Source of the DNA: Selaginella moellendorffii
Taxonomy: Eukaryota > Plantae > Lycopodiophyta
Assembly: GCF_000143415.4 (NCBI RefSeq)
Contig: NW_003314286.1
Location: 62,001-126,000, forward strand
Reading direction: 5' to 3'
Length of the DNA stretch: 64,000 bases
Both the position numbers and the translations under genes were made by a program. Numbering within the stretch: position 1 is the first letter of the stretch; each line of letters opens with the position of its first letter. Of this stretch, positions 13,218-26,030 are shown in pieces. The notes below the pieces were generated by a model, which worked only from the letters and a program-made list of their open reading frames with translations, did not search any database and had not been told where the DNA came from.

Positions 13218-14815
13218 TTATACAGTTTTCTTCTGGGAATGATCCAATGAATTTATGACAAGGTTGGAATGTTTTCTAGTGGTGAGAATCAACTCAGCGT
13301 TTGGGCGATCATTATATTCCACCTGCAAGAAAAATAAAATCTATCAGCACTTCAACCACAAAATTACAGAGATCTTACTCTGCTCTTCGCATGTTCTTTG
13401 GTTTTCCCTGTAAGCGAGAGAGAAATAAAAATAAAAATTACCACGATTAGTTTTGGAATAGATCGAACGCATGCCTGTTGATATGTGGCGAAGCTCCACT
13501 CTTTTCATGGCCGTGTCAAGGTCAAGCGAAATAAACCTGGAACTTTCGAAGCTTTAAACTCTACGATAAATGGAAAGCGAATCTTACCATCGTTCATCAA
13601 ACAAGTTCTTTAATTCTTTCCACTCGCCATCTTCAAGCAAAAGATAATTCCCTTCCACAAGCACAACCTTATGTCTTGATAAATAAAAGAAAAACTACAA
13701 GGTTAGAAGCGTGCTCGAGTGAATAGAAATACTTACTTTGGTGATACCAAAATGTCTTGCTCCACAGGATCGCCAACGCCATGATCAAAAGATGGGAAGT
13801 ATGCCCATTGCTGGAACATCCTCACATTGTGAAAAAGAAGGAAAAAAAAAAAGAGAAAAAAGAAAACTCTCAGACTAGAGAAGAAAAACACGGAGAAACT
13901 TTTTACCTGACTCCTCAAAGCTTTCAAACAATCAACCAGACCCGAGGGATTGAATGTCCAGGGAGCTGAAACAAAAAACATTGAGGATTACACAAGAACT
14001 TTAAAAAATATTATTATTTTTTCAACTCACCGCCTCTTCGAGCATGGGCTTCCTCTGGATCCTGGCGACGAAAACAAAAGAGTTGGCCTATTAATTTAAA
14101 GCAATTGAAAACCAAAAAACTCATACCTCCATGGCATCAAGCTGGTGCTTGTAGAGATGAAATCCATCCATGGGAACTGCGATTGCAATCTCGGATACTA
14201 GCCCCGGATTCCTCTCCTGATGCAGCTTATTCACTCTGCCAGAGACTTCGTTCGCCAGTGTGGATTTTCCAGCTCCAGGAGGCCCAGCAATTCCAACCAA
14301 GTATCTAGAAAAACATTGGCATTGTCACCCAGAAACCATTTTAATGATCTCCCAGAAACTTTGTTCTCTCCAAAACTTACTTGCTGCCGGGTTTCGCGGA
14401 AGAAGCTCCAAACAGCCTGTGAGCGAGAAGATCATATGTTTCGTGCATGGTACTAAAAATATCACGGATAAGAACCAAGAGGCTTGATTTAGAGTGATTA
14501 CCTTGCTTGAAGAGTTATTTGCTCATCCACGGTACTACAGAAGATCTGGAAAATTATCCATAGTCGTCTCAAACATTACAACAATCTGATCAGAGAAAAA
14601 GAACCTTTAGAGGCGAAGTTCTCCTCGTTTTATACTGGATTGGAATTCCCAGCGAGAACCTCGAATTTGGATGATAGACTCCACGAACAAGAGCCTTGGA
14701 AGAACACGAGGGATCGGCTGCTCCATAGCAGAGGAAGCTCCCATGGCTAGAAAAGAATCAAACGAATAGATCGAATCAAAACGAATGCTTACACCAAAGC
14801 CGCCGTTGGCTCCAT
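13218..14815 (-). CDS. YggC-like P-loop kinase (uridine/pantothenate kinase-like), probable N-terminal transit peptide
   Basis: Spliced translation gives VGIAGPPGAGKST, PMDGFHLY, APWTFNP, FPSFDHGVGDP, VVLVEGNYLLL and VEYNDRPNAELI. Start codon is inferred. Confidence 0.85.
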
Positions 14816-14947
14816 CGCAATGATCAAAGGCGATAAACTTTAGGGTTCTAACGGCGGTTGCCACGTAAGCAAGAGCATATTCTCTGGACAGCACTAGGGT
14901 TTAGAGCGAGCTCTCCTTTAAGCGCTAAATGAGAGAGGAGAATCCAA
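14816..14947. promoter_or_regulatory. Bidirectional promoter between the kinase and PCO
   Basis: About 132 bp between divergent ATGs. TAGGGTT at about 14841 and 14895, CCACGT at about 14861. Confidence 0.6.
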
Positions 14948-16010
14948 ATGGCCGCTGTTCAGAAGCTCTACGAGGCATGCAAGATTTCGCTCACCTCCGC
15001 CGCCACCGCCACCGCCGCGCCATCGCCGCTGGTCGTGAGGAAGATCTGCCACATTCTTGGTAAGGAAATCCTCGTTTTCCCTCGAAATCTCTCCGGGCAC
15101 TCTCCAAATTCACGGCTTTCCTTGCATGCCGCGTCGGTCCGAGCAGACGGTATCACTTGCCCCGATGTGGGACTGAGCGAGGAATCGGTGAATCAGCTCA
15201 ATCGTGGCCTGGGATTCTTTGGCGGCCAGAGGGGGCGGCACTCGAGCATGGCTGCTCGCTGGGCACCGCCAATCTCTTATCTCCATCTCCACGAGTCCAG
15301 CACTTTCTCGGTGAGTTCCTCGTCTCCTTTTCCTTACTCGCAAAAGAAAATCGTTTTTTTCCTCTCGCGAGGAGAATCAACTGGGATTCTTTCCTTTGCA
15401 GTACAGATGGGGATTTTTTGTCTGCCAACCTCATCCGCAATTCCTCTCCACGATCATCCGGGAATGACTGTGTTTAGCAGACTCCTCTATGGGACACTAC
15501 ATGTAAGATCTTACGACTGGGTCGATAAGCAACCGTGCTCCGATCCATCAAAACGTAAGTTCTCTCTTCTCTCTTCTTCTCTTCCAAGTGTTCTAAGCTC
15601 GTTTTTTCCCTTCCTTTTGTAGCTAGACTAGCGAAGCTAGTTCTGGATCAAGTCATGACCGGTCCCTGCGACTCCGTTGTCTTGTATCCCAATTCTGGAG
15701 GCAACATTCACGCCTTCACTGCGATAAACTCGTGCGCCATCCTCGACGTTTTAGCACCGCCATACTGCCCTTCCACCGGTAGGCACTGCACATATTATCG
15801 AGCGTTCCCGTACTCTAGTTTGGCCGGTAAGTCTTCGCAAATTTACCTCTTTCATTGTTTTTCTCAGCTTTTTCGACCTTTGCAGCTGAGATGCACGACG
15901 ATAACAACGATTACGACGACGAAAATTATGTCTACTTGGTCGAATATAAACCCCCGGACGATTTTGTTGTCCAAAACGGCGTGTACACGGGTCCGAAGGT
16001 GAAGCCTTGA
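14948..16010 (+). CDS. PCO: Plant cysteine oxidase (PCO/ADO cupin)
   Basis: IPLHDHPGMTVFSRLLYGTLHVRSYDWV, GGNIHAFTA..CAILDVLAPPY..GRHCTYY, C-terminal YTGPKV. Four introns. Confidence 0.93.
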
Positions 16011-16133
16011 AGTAATCCAATGCTTGCTATTGACAGTGGAGCTCGACCGAGTTTTTACAGGAGGGGCGTGTGTATTTTAGACGTATCACTTTGGTTTTTC
16101 TTTCTTTTATGTACAGGATGGCTGAGAGTACCA

Positions 16134-19032
16134 TCAAACTATTGTCCAGTCGCCACTCTCGGTGGAGCACAGCTTCTTCTCTTCGCCTTCAATTGGACTT
16201 GGAGCCTGTTTGTTCTTTCTATCAAACTTGGACTCGAAGAACTTGACGACGCTGCTCACTGCATTGTGGTGATTGCTGCTGGGAGGATGCTGCTGGTGCT
16301 GGTCCTCGTACGAGATCTGCTTCTTTTGCAGTAACTTCCGGATATCGGCCAAGATGGTCTTGGACTCGGCCTTTCCAGCGAGCTCCTCTGATGGTGCTCG
16401 GATCGCCCTCTCCATAAGTTCATACACCTTCGCAAAGAATAAGAGTACTGCGGCTTGTGAAATGAAGGAAATACATCTACCTCGCACAGATCTTCTAGAG
16501 TTCCGGAATCCATATGCTTGTGACATGTGGAGAGTATATAGTCCCGGCATTCCTTAAGACATCGTTGCAGAGGATCCTTCGCAGCTGATGGGTTTGCTTC
16601 AGCTATGGCGAATCCAGCGCTTACCTGTTAAGAGTTTCTACTGCTTACAACAAGGAAAAAAGAAATAGCAGACTCACAGCTGTTGTAAATAATTGCTCGA
16701 AAAAATCACCAGGACTAATCTTTTCTAGCGCCTCCAGGGTGCTCTCACTGGAAGAAAACAGTTAAGCTAACCACAACAACGATGGCAACAGTAATACCCT
16801 GCTAGTTCTTCGTCGAACAGAGGCGCTTGCATCACGGCTGGAACTGGACGCGCTGACAACCAAAGCTCTTGCCACAAGTTACCTGTTGTTAGAGATGTAT
16901 GTTAAGAATTTGCAAATTTGGAGAGCCTCTCGTGATTGAATACCTTCACTTCTCATCCTTGTGCTGAGGGAGCCCCGAAGCGATGGCTCATCGCCCTTTC
17001 CTACCGGATTTCCTTCTGTCCAGTCGAGCGGCGAATACCATCGGACAAAGTCTTCCAGGATACATCCGGGATTAGCAGCCTGCAACAACATCCAATGCTA
17101 TTTAAAACGTCCTTCGAATTTATCAAAGAAGCTCACCTTGAACGCTTGCATGTCGGAAAACAGCTGCGAGCACCCAGCGCCAAAACTGCAGTAATTCCAT
17201 TTACCACGCAGAGAAATAGAAACAAGGAAACAAAAGTGTTATACGTTACCTTCCAGTCCGCAGCACCAGCTCCTCGGTTTCTTTGATCAATTCTTCAGTC
17301 AGAACAGGCCCTTCCTAAAGATCACAACAATGAGAAATTCGCAAGGACAGAAAGAACGCATATAATACCTGTGTAACGGGAGAGAATATTGGCTCGCCAG
17401 TTTCCAACATTATCAGATTTTCCGCTCGTCGATCCACACAATACCTCGGAACCACCTGGCCATCTTTGAGTCTGGCGAAGTGCATATCCGGGTTATCACT
17501 TCCAGAGTCTGTAGGAAAGCGCTCCTGTGGAGCGTTCAAAGAATCCAAGGCAGCACATCGCCGATGCCTCCTTGCAATGCAGCAATTCAATACTTGTAAC
17601 TGTTGAAAGAGAAGGCAGTAATTTAGATCGGGGCTAGAATCCTTTGGCATGCGAGGAATTGGTTGTCCCTCCTCCCAGCGTCGCCTGCACTGTTCCAAAA
17701 ATTTCAAGGATCCTCGAGATAAAAAGTTAGTACCTCTTTTATGACCTCTAGCCAAAACTCTGCCATCTTGTGCTCGACTTTCAGACCAGCAATAACTTCT
17801 GCTAGCTGTGAAACAAAGCTTTCAGGAGGAGCACCGTGTAGCTCCTCGGGAAGCTTGTGCTGGCTAAAGAACTTCTTGAAACTGCCTTGATGTTGAGTTT
17901 CTGCAATGTCTCAAAGAATTATATCGAGCAAAAGTTTAAACAACGGCACTACCTGCGTCAAAAAGCGACCACAATAAAGAATGGTACCTTCCAGAACTCC
18001 GAATTTGCGTTTTGGTCCTTTTATCCTTTTCCCGTAAAGAGATCTTCTTTAGTCCCGAGACAAGAGATGACCAGTCACTAGTGTCTTTATCCGTTATCTC
18101 GGACAAAGCCAAGTCCTTGCAAGTTTCGAAACACCTTCCAACTCTAAAATTCGGACAGAGATCAAATTCCTTCGGGAAAGAAAAAGAAAAAGCACGTACT
18201 CGGTTGCAGAAGCGAGACGTCTCACAAGAATAGATGGAGGTATAGCAGCCACCGTGACGGCCTTCTTATATGCCTCCTCCTCAGCCGGATCCTTTGTGGG
18301 ACTCTGCGGAAAAGCAAACATCTCATGTAAGCCCTCGTAAGCAGCATCTTCCATGTCGAGAACCTCTCTGGCAATGCTAGCAACGGGATGTACGGTCTCG
18401 TTCGAATATAAACCCCGTTTAACTCGCCTGACAGCTGCAAAGTACCGCCTCCAAAATTCCTTCTCCTTCATCGCTTTGGGAACAAAGTGAAAACGCAGAG
18501 CCTGAAGGTCTTTGTCTAGCTGACAGTTAAAAAGATTTTAATTCCTCGGTAAGATGAAAAGAAAAGCTCCAGTACCTCCAAGATACGCATCGCAGATTCC
18601 ATGTCAACTTGCATTCCCCCATCCGGTTCGCAGTAAAGAAACTCCGAGCTCTGCTAGAACAACTAAGATACCTTCACCGGAGATGAAAGAACATCCACGT
18701 ACCTTGGAAACTTCCAGGATTCTTCTGCGGCATTCCTCTTCGAGACCCTTTTCCAGCTCCGTTTTCCCGACCCAAGGAAGCTCTCCCGGCTCATCTAAAA
18801 CATAAAAAAAAAAACTCTCTCCAAACCTTCGAATGAAAAACAAACAAAGTCACACAACCTTGTGCGTGAGAGGAAAACTCCGATACAAAATCCGCCTTGA
18901 TTTCAGTCAGCATGCGCTCCGCCTTGGCCGCAGCATTCTGGAAAACTGAGCAAACGACCGATCGATCCAAAGAAAAGCAAAGAAAATGGAATGATCACCT
19001 GTTTTGGCCTTGGACACGAATTTGGACTCCAT
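16134..19032 (-). CDS. Rab3 GTPase-activating protein catalytic subunit-like, with a BSD domain
   Basis: SDMQAFK|AANPGCILEDFVRWYSPLDW, PDLNYCLLFQQLQVLNCCI, C-terminal DWTIV. N-terminus MESKFVSKAKT/VFQNAAAKAER. BSD motif DLQALRFHFVPKAMKEKEFWRRYF. Confidence 0.88.
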
Positions 19033-19834
19033 CCAAGCGATCGCCCGCCTACATTGCAGCTGAGGCGATCGATCCAATCCCCCTCCGGCGCGCCGATCCA
19101 CCCCCGAGAGAGAGAAACCACAAAACACCAAACCCTAGCCTCTATTTCTCCGTTTTACGAAGTCAATAGAAAAAACGGAATATGCTATGGAGCATAAGTT
19201 TTAGCATATTCTCGCAATAACCCAAATAGTGTCACGCGTTCTTCTCAATGTTTCCTTGACGGCTCAATCATATGAATGGCGTGTCAAGTAAATCAACATT
19301 ATATCTTATTTATCAATGCGATTCTCCCTCGATTATATCTTCCTCGATCCTTTCACTTTCAATCACCTGGATCAGGGCGGTGCTACATGTCAAAAAATCC
19401 GAGGAGCGATCCAAGAGTGCGTGTTCTTTTTCCTAATCTTCAATTCTCTGGTGATAAATCTCCCACCACCCTTTCAAGCATCATAGCACTCCATGCGCGT
19501 TATGTGGTTTACGTGGCATTTGATCCAGTCAAGAAAATCGATCCGGGCAAAGTCCGTCCCAAATGTTTTTTGATCCTTTGGAAATGGAATATCAGTGAAA
19601 AAACTTTATGTGTTTACAGGTGTTAAAAAACTGGCGAGTTGTTTGCGTGTATAAATGTGGCACCGTGGCTTGATCCCGGACCTATCGCAGCGCTTTCCTC
19701 GATCTAGCAATCTCCCCCTTCCTCCTCTTCGTCTTTATCGTAGAATTCTTCCCCACTCTATCCTTTTGATCGTCATCATCATCGTCAATCACCTGAAAGC
19801 AACGAAAAAATCTCGCAAAAAGGATTAGCTAGAA

Positions 19835-20868
19835 ATGCCTCTCCAGGACACTTTCCCAAATTCTCTAGACCTGGAGCAAGGTGACAACGCCATCATTGCG
19901 GTCGGAGGCGACAAAATCCAAAGCCGCCCAAGAAGCTTGGAACTCTTGAAAAAGGTTTGGTGATGATCATCATCGCAAAAACTTTATAAACTTGGGCAAT
20001 TAACGATGTGTTCCTTGGATTCGTTCGTGAAGGTCTTGGCGGAGTTCTTGGGCTCTCTCGTGCTCCTCCTCGGCTGCGCGGGCACCGCGATCCTGGCGAG
20101 CAAGCCATCCAACGGCTTTGGGATACATGGAATCTCGGCCGGGGCCGCATTGACGGTCATGATCGTCATCTTCTCCACTGGACACATCTCCGGTGCCCAT
20201 GTCAATCCAGCCGTCTCTCTCGCCTTTGCCTCGCTCGGCCGATTCCCATGGATACAGGTTCGAAGCTCCTGTCCCGTTTCTATCTAATCGCTAAACTCTG
20301 TTTCTTCTCTTGTTCTATTTGAAAGGTTCCACTCTACTCTGGAGCGCAGTTCCTGGGATCTGTGTGTGCCTCTTTCATGCTCAACGCGTTCTTCCAGGGA
20401 GATCCAAACATCCATGCCGGGGTGACCGTCCCCTCCAACACCGAGTGGCAATCCTTCGCGGTGGAGCTCGTCATATCTGCCATCTTGATGTTTGTTGTTA
20501 CAGCAGTGGCGACGGATCCACATGCAATTGGAGACTCGGCAGCGGTGGCAGTGGCCGCGACAGTCTATCTCAACAATCTCCTTGCCAGGTTTCTAGTTCT
20601 CTTCGATCTTCCTCTTCTTGCTTGATTAGCAAAGTTGGTAGTTCTTTTATCCAGCATTCTAGGAAGAGAGATTCACCCTTTTCTTTGCTAGTTGACAAGT
20701 TTGGTGGTATTGTTTAGTGCAATCTCTGGAGCTTCCATGAATCCCATTCGGACGTTTGGTCCGGCTCTAGCTGCTGGAGAATACAGAGGATTGTGGGTGT
20801 ACTTCTTTGGGCCGATTTTGGGAACTCAATTGGGAGCTGGATTCTACACTTTGATCCGCTCCAGCTGA
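19835..20868 (+). CDS. NIP: NIP-type aquaglyceroporin (MIP family)
   Basis: [57 protein letters not shown]. Three introns. Confidence 0.93.
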
Positions 20869-22634
20869 TTGTCAGCCAAGAAAGTTCTACCAATCCGCCA
20901 TTCAAAAATCTACACCATGTAAATCGTTATACAAATTTGAAAAATTCCAGTTTTGTGACCTCGAAAGAGCACAAGTAGAATAGAAAGACATTGACACGAG
21001 ATTTGGTGATTATTCCCGTGGCTCTGGCTCGGTTGAAATCACAGAAATCTTTGGTGTGGAACCCGCGATCCAGCAACTGGCTGGAAAATGGTCGGTCCAA
21101 TATGATTCGCAAATTATAATGAACTTTTCCCTTTGGAAAGACTTTTTTTTCTCGTGGCCGAAACGAATTTTCCTATACAAGACAATGGCTACGAATCGAG
21201 CTTGCTCTGTACAATTCACGAATCAATTCGTGCAGTGCTGAGAAAGCTTGCGTATGAAAACATGTTTCAGGAGAGATTGACATTGATCGAAACGCATCTT
21301 GGCTATTGAAAAGTTGCTAGGGTGTGAACGTTCGTCGGCCAGATTGATCCATGGATGGATGGAGGCTGGAATCTAAACTTTCTCTCATTGTGGGGTACGA
21401 AACTTTACCCCTTCTTTCGGTCCACTTGCAAGGACATTGCTTGATTCATGGAGACATAGCCTAGCTAGTGCTTTAAGCGCTTGCAGATTGAATTTTTGCA
21501 TCAAACCCATTGGTTGTAATTAGAGGAATATTTATTATCTCCACCGCCCAACGCTTAGCAATGGCAGATGCTGTTCAAGAGAGTGTGGCACCACTGGTGG
21601 GTATGGGAGATCATAGCAAGGTCGACCTCCCTGGTGGAGCTACTTTGCAAGCAATGCACGAACTATCTTGTGGAGGTAACGCAAGACATCATGAGGACGA
21701 CATCGAGACATGGATGAAAGCTTGAGGGCGGCCCTCCCCAGCAACCAGGCAGATGAGGCTCTGCTCAATCTCAAACATTGTATCCAGGGCTTCAATCGCA
21801 GCATTGACCAGAGCGGCTAAGCATGCGGTAATCCAGATGCTTGTTCGCGAGAAAGTGCCCTGGGGTCTGTCGTCAGTGATCAGTGTTCGCAAGTGATGGC
21901 TGAGGCATGAGGCATCGCAACACCAGGCCATACTTGTGGGACAGAAGAAGTGGATCGATTGGAACCGCAGATTTACGTTGTGATGCGGTGGATGATTCTA
22001 CTGCTCACACAATTCAAAGTTACAGGGAGAGTACTCGAGTTTCTACGAGGAGAAGAGAGGTTCTTAAGCTTCCAACATCCTCGGCATTACCTCGAATGAG
22101 CCAGGTCAGTAAACTCTTATGCCAACCGGTTCTCATGTTTTCATGGAAGCCTAATTTTATCCTATGCTGATTTCTGCCTAGACAATGACAGTATCAAGGT
22201 CAGCATCAGTACTTTTTGCTGGCAGATACCACGCTATGTGAAGCCATTGCGGGAATTCGACACCTGTTGCTGCATACATCACGATCAAATGGACCTCATG
22301 CACAGTGGTTTGATGAGACTAAGAAGTTCTTGCAAGGAGGCCCATAGAACACCTTGTTTATGCCCGTGTGGCCAGTGGACAGGGAATGGCTGCTCTGCTA
22401 ATGTACAACATTGGGGAGAGCGTCTTTTGTCCGAAGCTAGCCGGAGTCCTCGTGGTACTACCACAGGTGTTACATCCTGGTAGTGTGGGCGGGCACGAGT
22501 ACACATCCATGCAGCATGTTTGAGTGCAATGATAGGAATATTCTGTCCAAACATCCAACTTTAACATGGTCTTGGAGGCTACAGGGAATGAATTTCTGCT
22601 TGCGTTCAAGTCTGGGCTTGCATGTTACATTCCA

Positions 22635-22734
22635 NNNNNNNNNNNNNNNNNNNNNNNNNNNNNNNNNNNNNNNNNNNNNNNNNNNNNNNNNNNNNNNNNN
22701 NNNNNNNNNNNNNNNNNNNNNNNNNNNNNNNNNN
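22635..22734. other. Assembly gap (100 N)
   Basis: Run of exactly 100 N. Confidence 1.
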
Positions 22735-23331
22735 TTCATGTATTGGAGGCAGCATACAGCCACTGCTTACTCGACCATCTGCAGCAAAAAGAATTGAAAG
22801 CATTCCAAATACCTGGCCACGGGAGCACTTGCCAAATAGACTTAATGAAGTGAGCCAGACCAGTTAGTTTTCTTGCCCCGTGAAAAGATCTGTAAGTACT
22901 ATATATATAGTCATATGAGTAAAATATATTTTGTAACAGGATATACATCATTCGATACAATATATTTTATTTTTTCAAAAATTTGTGGTGAATACTCTTA
23001 GTAGAAAGTTTTTAGGAGTGGAATATTTTGCTGTGCTCCAAGCTATTTTTATAAGATACTTGGAAAATAATCTAGTCACACTCATGTTTTATACATATGA
23101 ATATATAAAAGGTGTTTAAATCCTGTAAATAAATGTTTAAGGTTCAAGTCTAGTTGGATTGCAAATATTGAGCAGATTCTAGTAACTAGAGAGATAAAAA
23201 CATTCATTTGCCCCAAAAATCTTGGTTTTAGGGTGTTTATATTTCTTTAATTCAAGTATTAGTGGATATATTGAAAATATACTTGGATATTCTAGGATCT
23301 TTTACCATTAGCATTTTGTGTTTATAAATTA

Positions 23332-23431
23332 TAAACATGCTCATAATTATAAATTTTCAATGTAAGAGATGGACCTAATTTTAAACATCTTCATAATTAT
23401 AAATTTTCAATGTAAGAGATGGACCTAATTT
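23332..23431. repeat. 50-bp tandem duplication
   Basis: tcataattataaattttcaatgtaagagatggacctaattt occurs at 23341 and 23391. Confidence 0.9.
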
Positions 23432-24164
23432 AACCAATTGCATATACATAGTTAGTGGCCTAATAATATATTCTCATGTGGAGGATGCAATACCTCATTG
23501 CATGACCTTTTTTCCCATAACACTGGTTTAAAATCACTAGGTGACAAAGGGTGAAACATTGGTGGCTTCAAGGATCAAGTCACAGCAATGGACTTCTTAG
23601 AGGTGGCGGACAAATTTTCTAGGGAGACAAGGTGGTGATGGATTTCCAAGGATATGGGTGGGGCATAGGAAAAATGCCAACATTGAGATTCTATATTAGC
23701 AATAGAGTGTGTGGTATGTTAAATAAGCTGCTAGAGAGACATATGAGAAAAGTTAGAAGGAAAAGGAAGGAGGCCTCTCTCTAGTTTGCGGATGTGGAAA
23801 CGGCTCTTGGTATGGAGTGCTAAGATTCTTGATTCTCAATTTTACTTATCCATTGCTTCTTTTCTTGGCAAATAGAGCTTAGCCTTAATAGCTCATTCTT
23901 TATCAATAAAGTCTTGATGTGCCATTTGACCACCTAAAAGATTTGTTGTGGTTACAGAATATGGGCATATTCATTTATTGATTCTTGTTTTTACTATTTA
24001 TTCATTAAAAATCAGCCATTAACTTATAAATAATATTAATAATAAAATGACAAATCAATATTGTTATTAAGTTGATCCTTAATTTATCTAGTGAATTTGA
24101 TATTATTCTTTATTTATGAATTGTATACTTTCATTCTTTTGAAAATATTAAGTAGTAAGACACT

Positions 24165-26030
24165 GTCATCTTATATGCATTCAAACTAATATGCACAACT
24201 ATTAGAAATATATTTAACAAAACTAACTCTAGTATATATCCAACTTCAAGGAGATTTATTAAATATGCAAGAGGTTTTGTATTACTCCTATCTATCATAC
24301 ATGCGAGGATTGGAGAAGCATTAAAGGCTTGATAAACATATGATATAGTTACATCTAAATTTAGAGCTAAACTCCAAATCTGTTATACTATTAAATGGGG
24401 TCCAGTGCATAATTAATATCTCTTATGAGCACTAGTTCCCTGTATCTAACTCTTGCATGTAAAATAGTGTTAAACAATATCTAGTATAATTTCAGTATAC
24501 TAATGGCATAATATGAAGAGGAAGGTACCCCAACTAGAGTAGCATAGACTTTAGGCTTAAACCCAAGTTAGATGCAAAACAAAGATTAATATAACCTTGT
24601 AAAGGCAAAATCAATATCTCAAGTGGTCCTATGCAATCCAACTAATCCTACATAGATTGTTTTAAATTTACTAGAAAAGTCTTTATGTATACAATTAAAA
24701 TAAAAAACTCCAATAAAAAATGAATAAAAATCACTGAGACAATTCTTTTGATACCAAATGTAACACATCTAAATTTAGAGCTAAACTCTAAGCCCATTGC
24801 ACTACGAAACAAGGGTTTGGGTATGCATTTAATATCCCTTATAAACATTAGCTCTTTGTATTTAGCTTTTGCATGCAAAAGAATGTCAGACGATGTTTGG
24901 CACAATTTCACCATACCGGTGGTTTAACACAAAGAGGAAGATACCCATTGAGCGACACAACCTAACAAGAAATTAATGTCTCAAGTGGTTAGCCATGCAA
25001 TCCAACCACCATCCCTACTATGCATTTGGAACCCCCAAATGTATTAATTAGTAACACACTTGTGACTAATTATCTTATATGTTTTCAAACTAATATACAT
25101 AACTGTTAGAAATATATTTACTAAAATAATGAAAAACTTACTCTAGTATATATCCAACTTCAAGGAGATTTGTTAAATATACAAGAGATTGTATATTGCT
25201 TATATCTATCACACATCCAAGGATTGGAGAAATATTAAAGGCTTGATTAACATATGATATAGCTATATGAATAACATTGCCAAATTGTAGTGCACCTAAA
25301 TTTAGAGTTAAACTCCAAGTTTTTTGCATTATTAAATAAAGGTCTGGTACATATTCAATATCCTTTATAAGCATTAACTCCTTATATTCAACTCTTATAT
25401 GCAAAATAATGTCATATAGTGTCTAGTATAATTTCAGCATACTAATGGTATAACCTGAGGACGAAGGTACCCCATTAACTAGAGTAGCATAAACCTTAGG
25501 TTTAGACCCAAGCTGAATGCAAAACAAAAAACAACACAGCCTAATAGAAGCCAAATTAATATCTCAAGTGGTCAGCCATGCAATCCAACCAATCTTACAT
25601 GGGTTGCTTTGGATCTATTAGAAAAGTCTCTATGCATGCAACTATAGTTAAAACTTTAACAAAAAATGAATAGGAATCACTAAGATAATTCCTTTAATAC
25701 CAAATGTAACACACTTAAAATTAAAGTTGAACTCTAAGCTTATTGCACTACGAAACAAGGATTCGAGTATGCACTAAATATCCCTTACAAATACTAGCTC
25801 CCCGTATTTAGCTCTTACATACAAAATAATGTCAAACGGTATTTAACACAATTTCGGCATACTAGTGGCTTAAAACAAAAATGAAAATACCCCACTGACT
25901 AAAATAGCATGGAGCTTGGGCTTAGACCCAAACTAGATGTAGAACAAAAAGTGATATAACCTAGTAGGAAATTAATATCTCAAGTGGTTGGCTATACAAT
26001 CTAACTATTATTTCTACTATACATTAAAAC
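24165..26030. repeat. Degenerate tandem duplication (~0.9-1.0 kb units), each with two related subunits
   Basis: tcaaactaatat..ttagaaatatattta..ctctagtatatatccaacttcaaggagattt at about 24181 and 25085. Variants of ctaaatttagag.taaactc at about 24355, 24768, 25296 and 25715. Confidence 0.8.

Noticed and set aside
23477-23956. Possible solo LTR (TGT...ACA with AATAAA)
   Set aside because: No matching TSD found and no second copy in the window.
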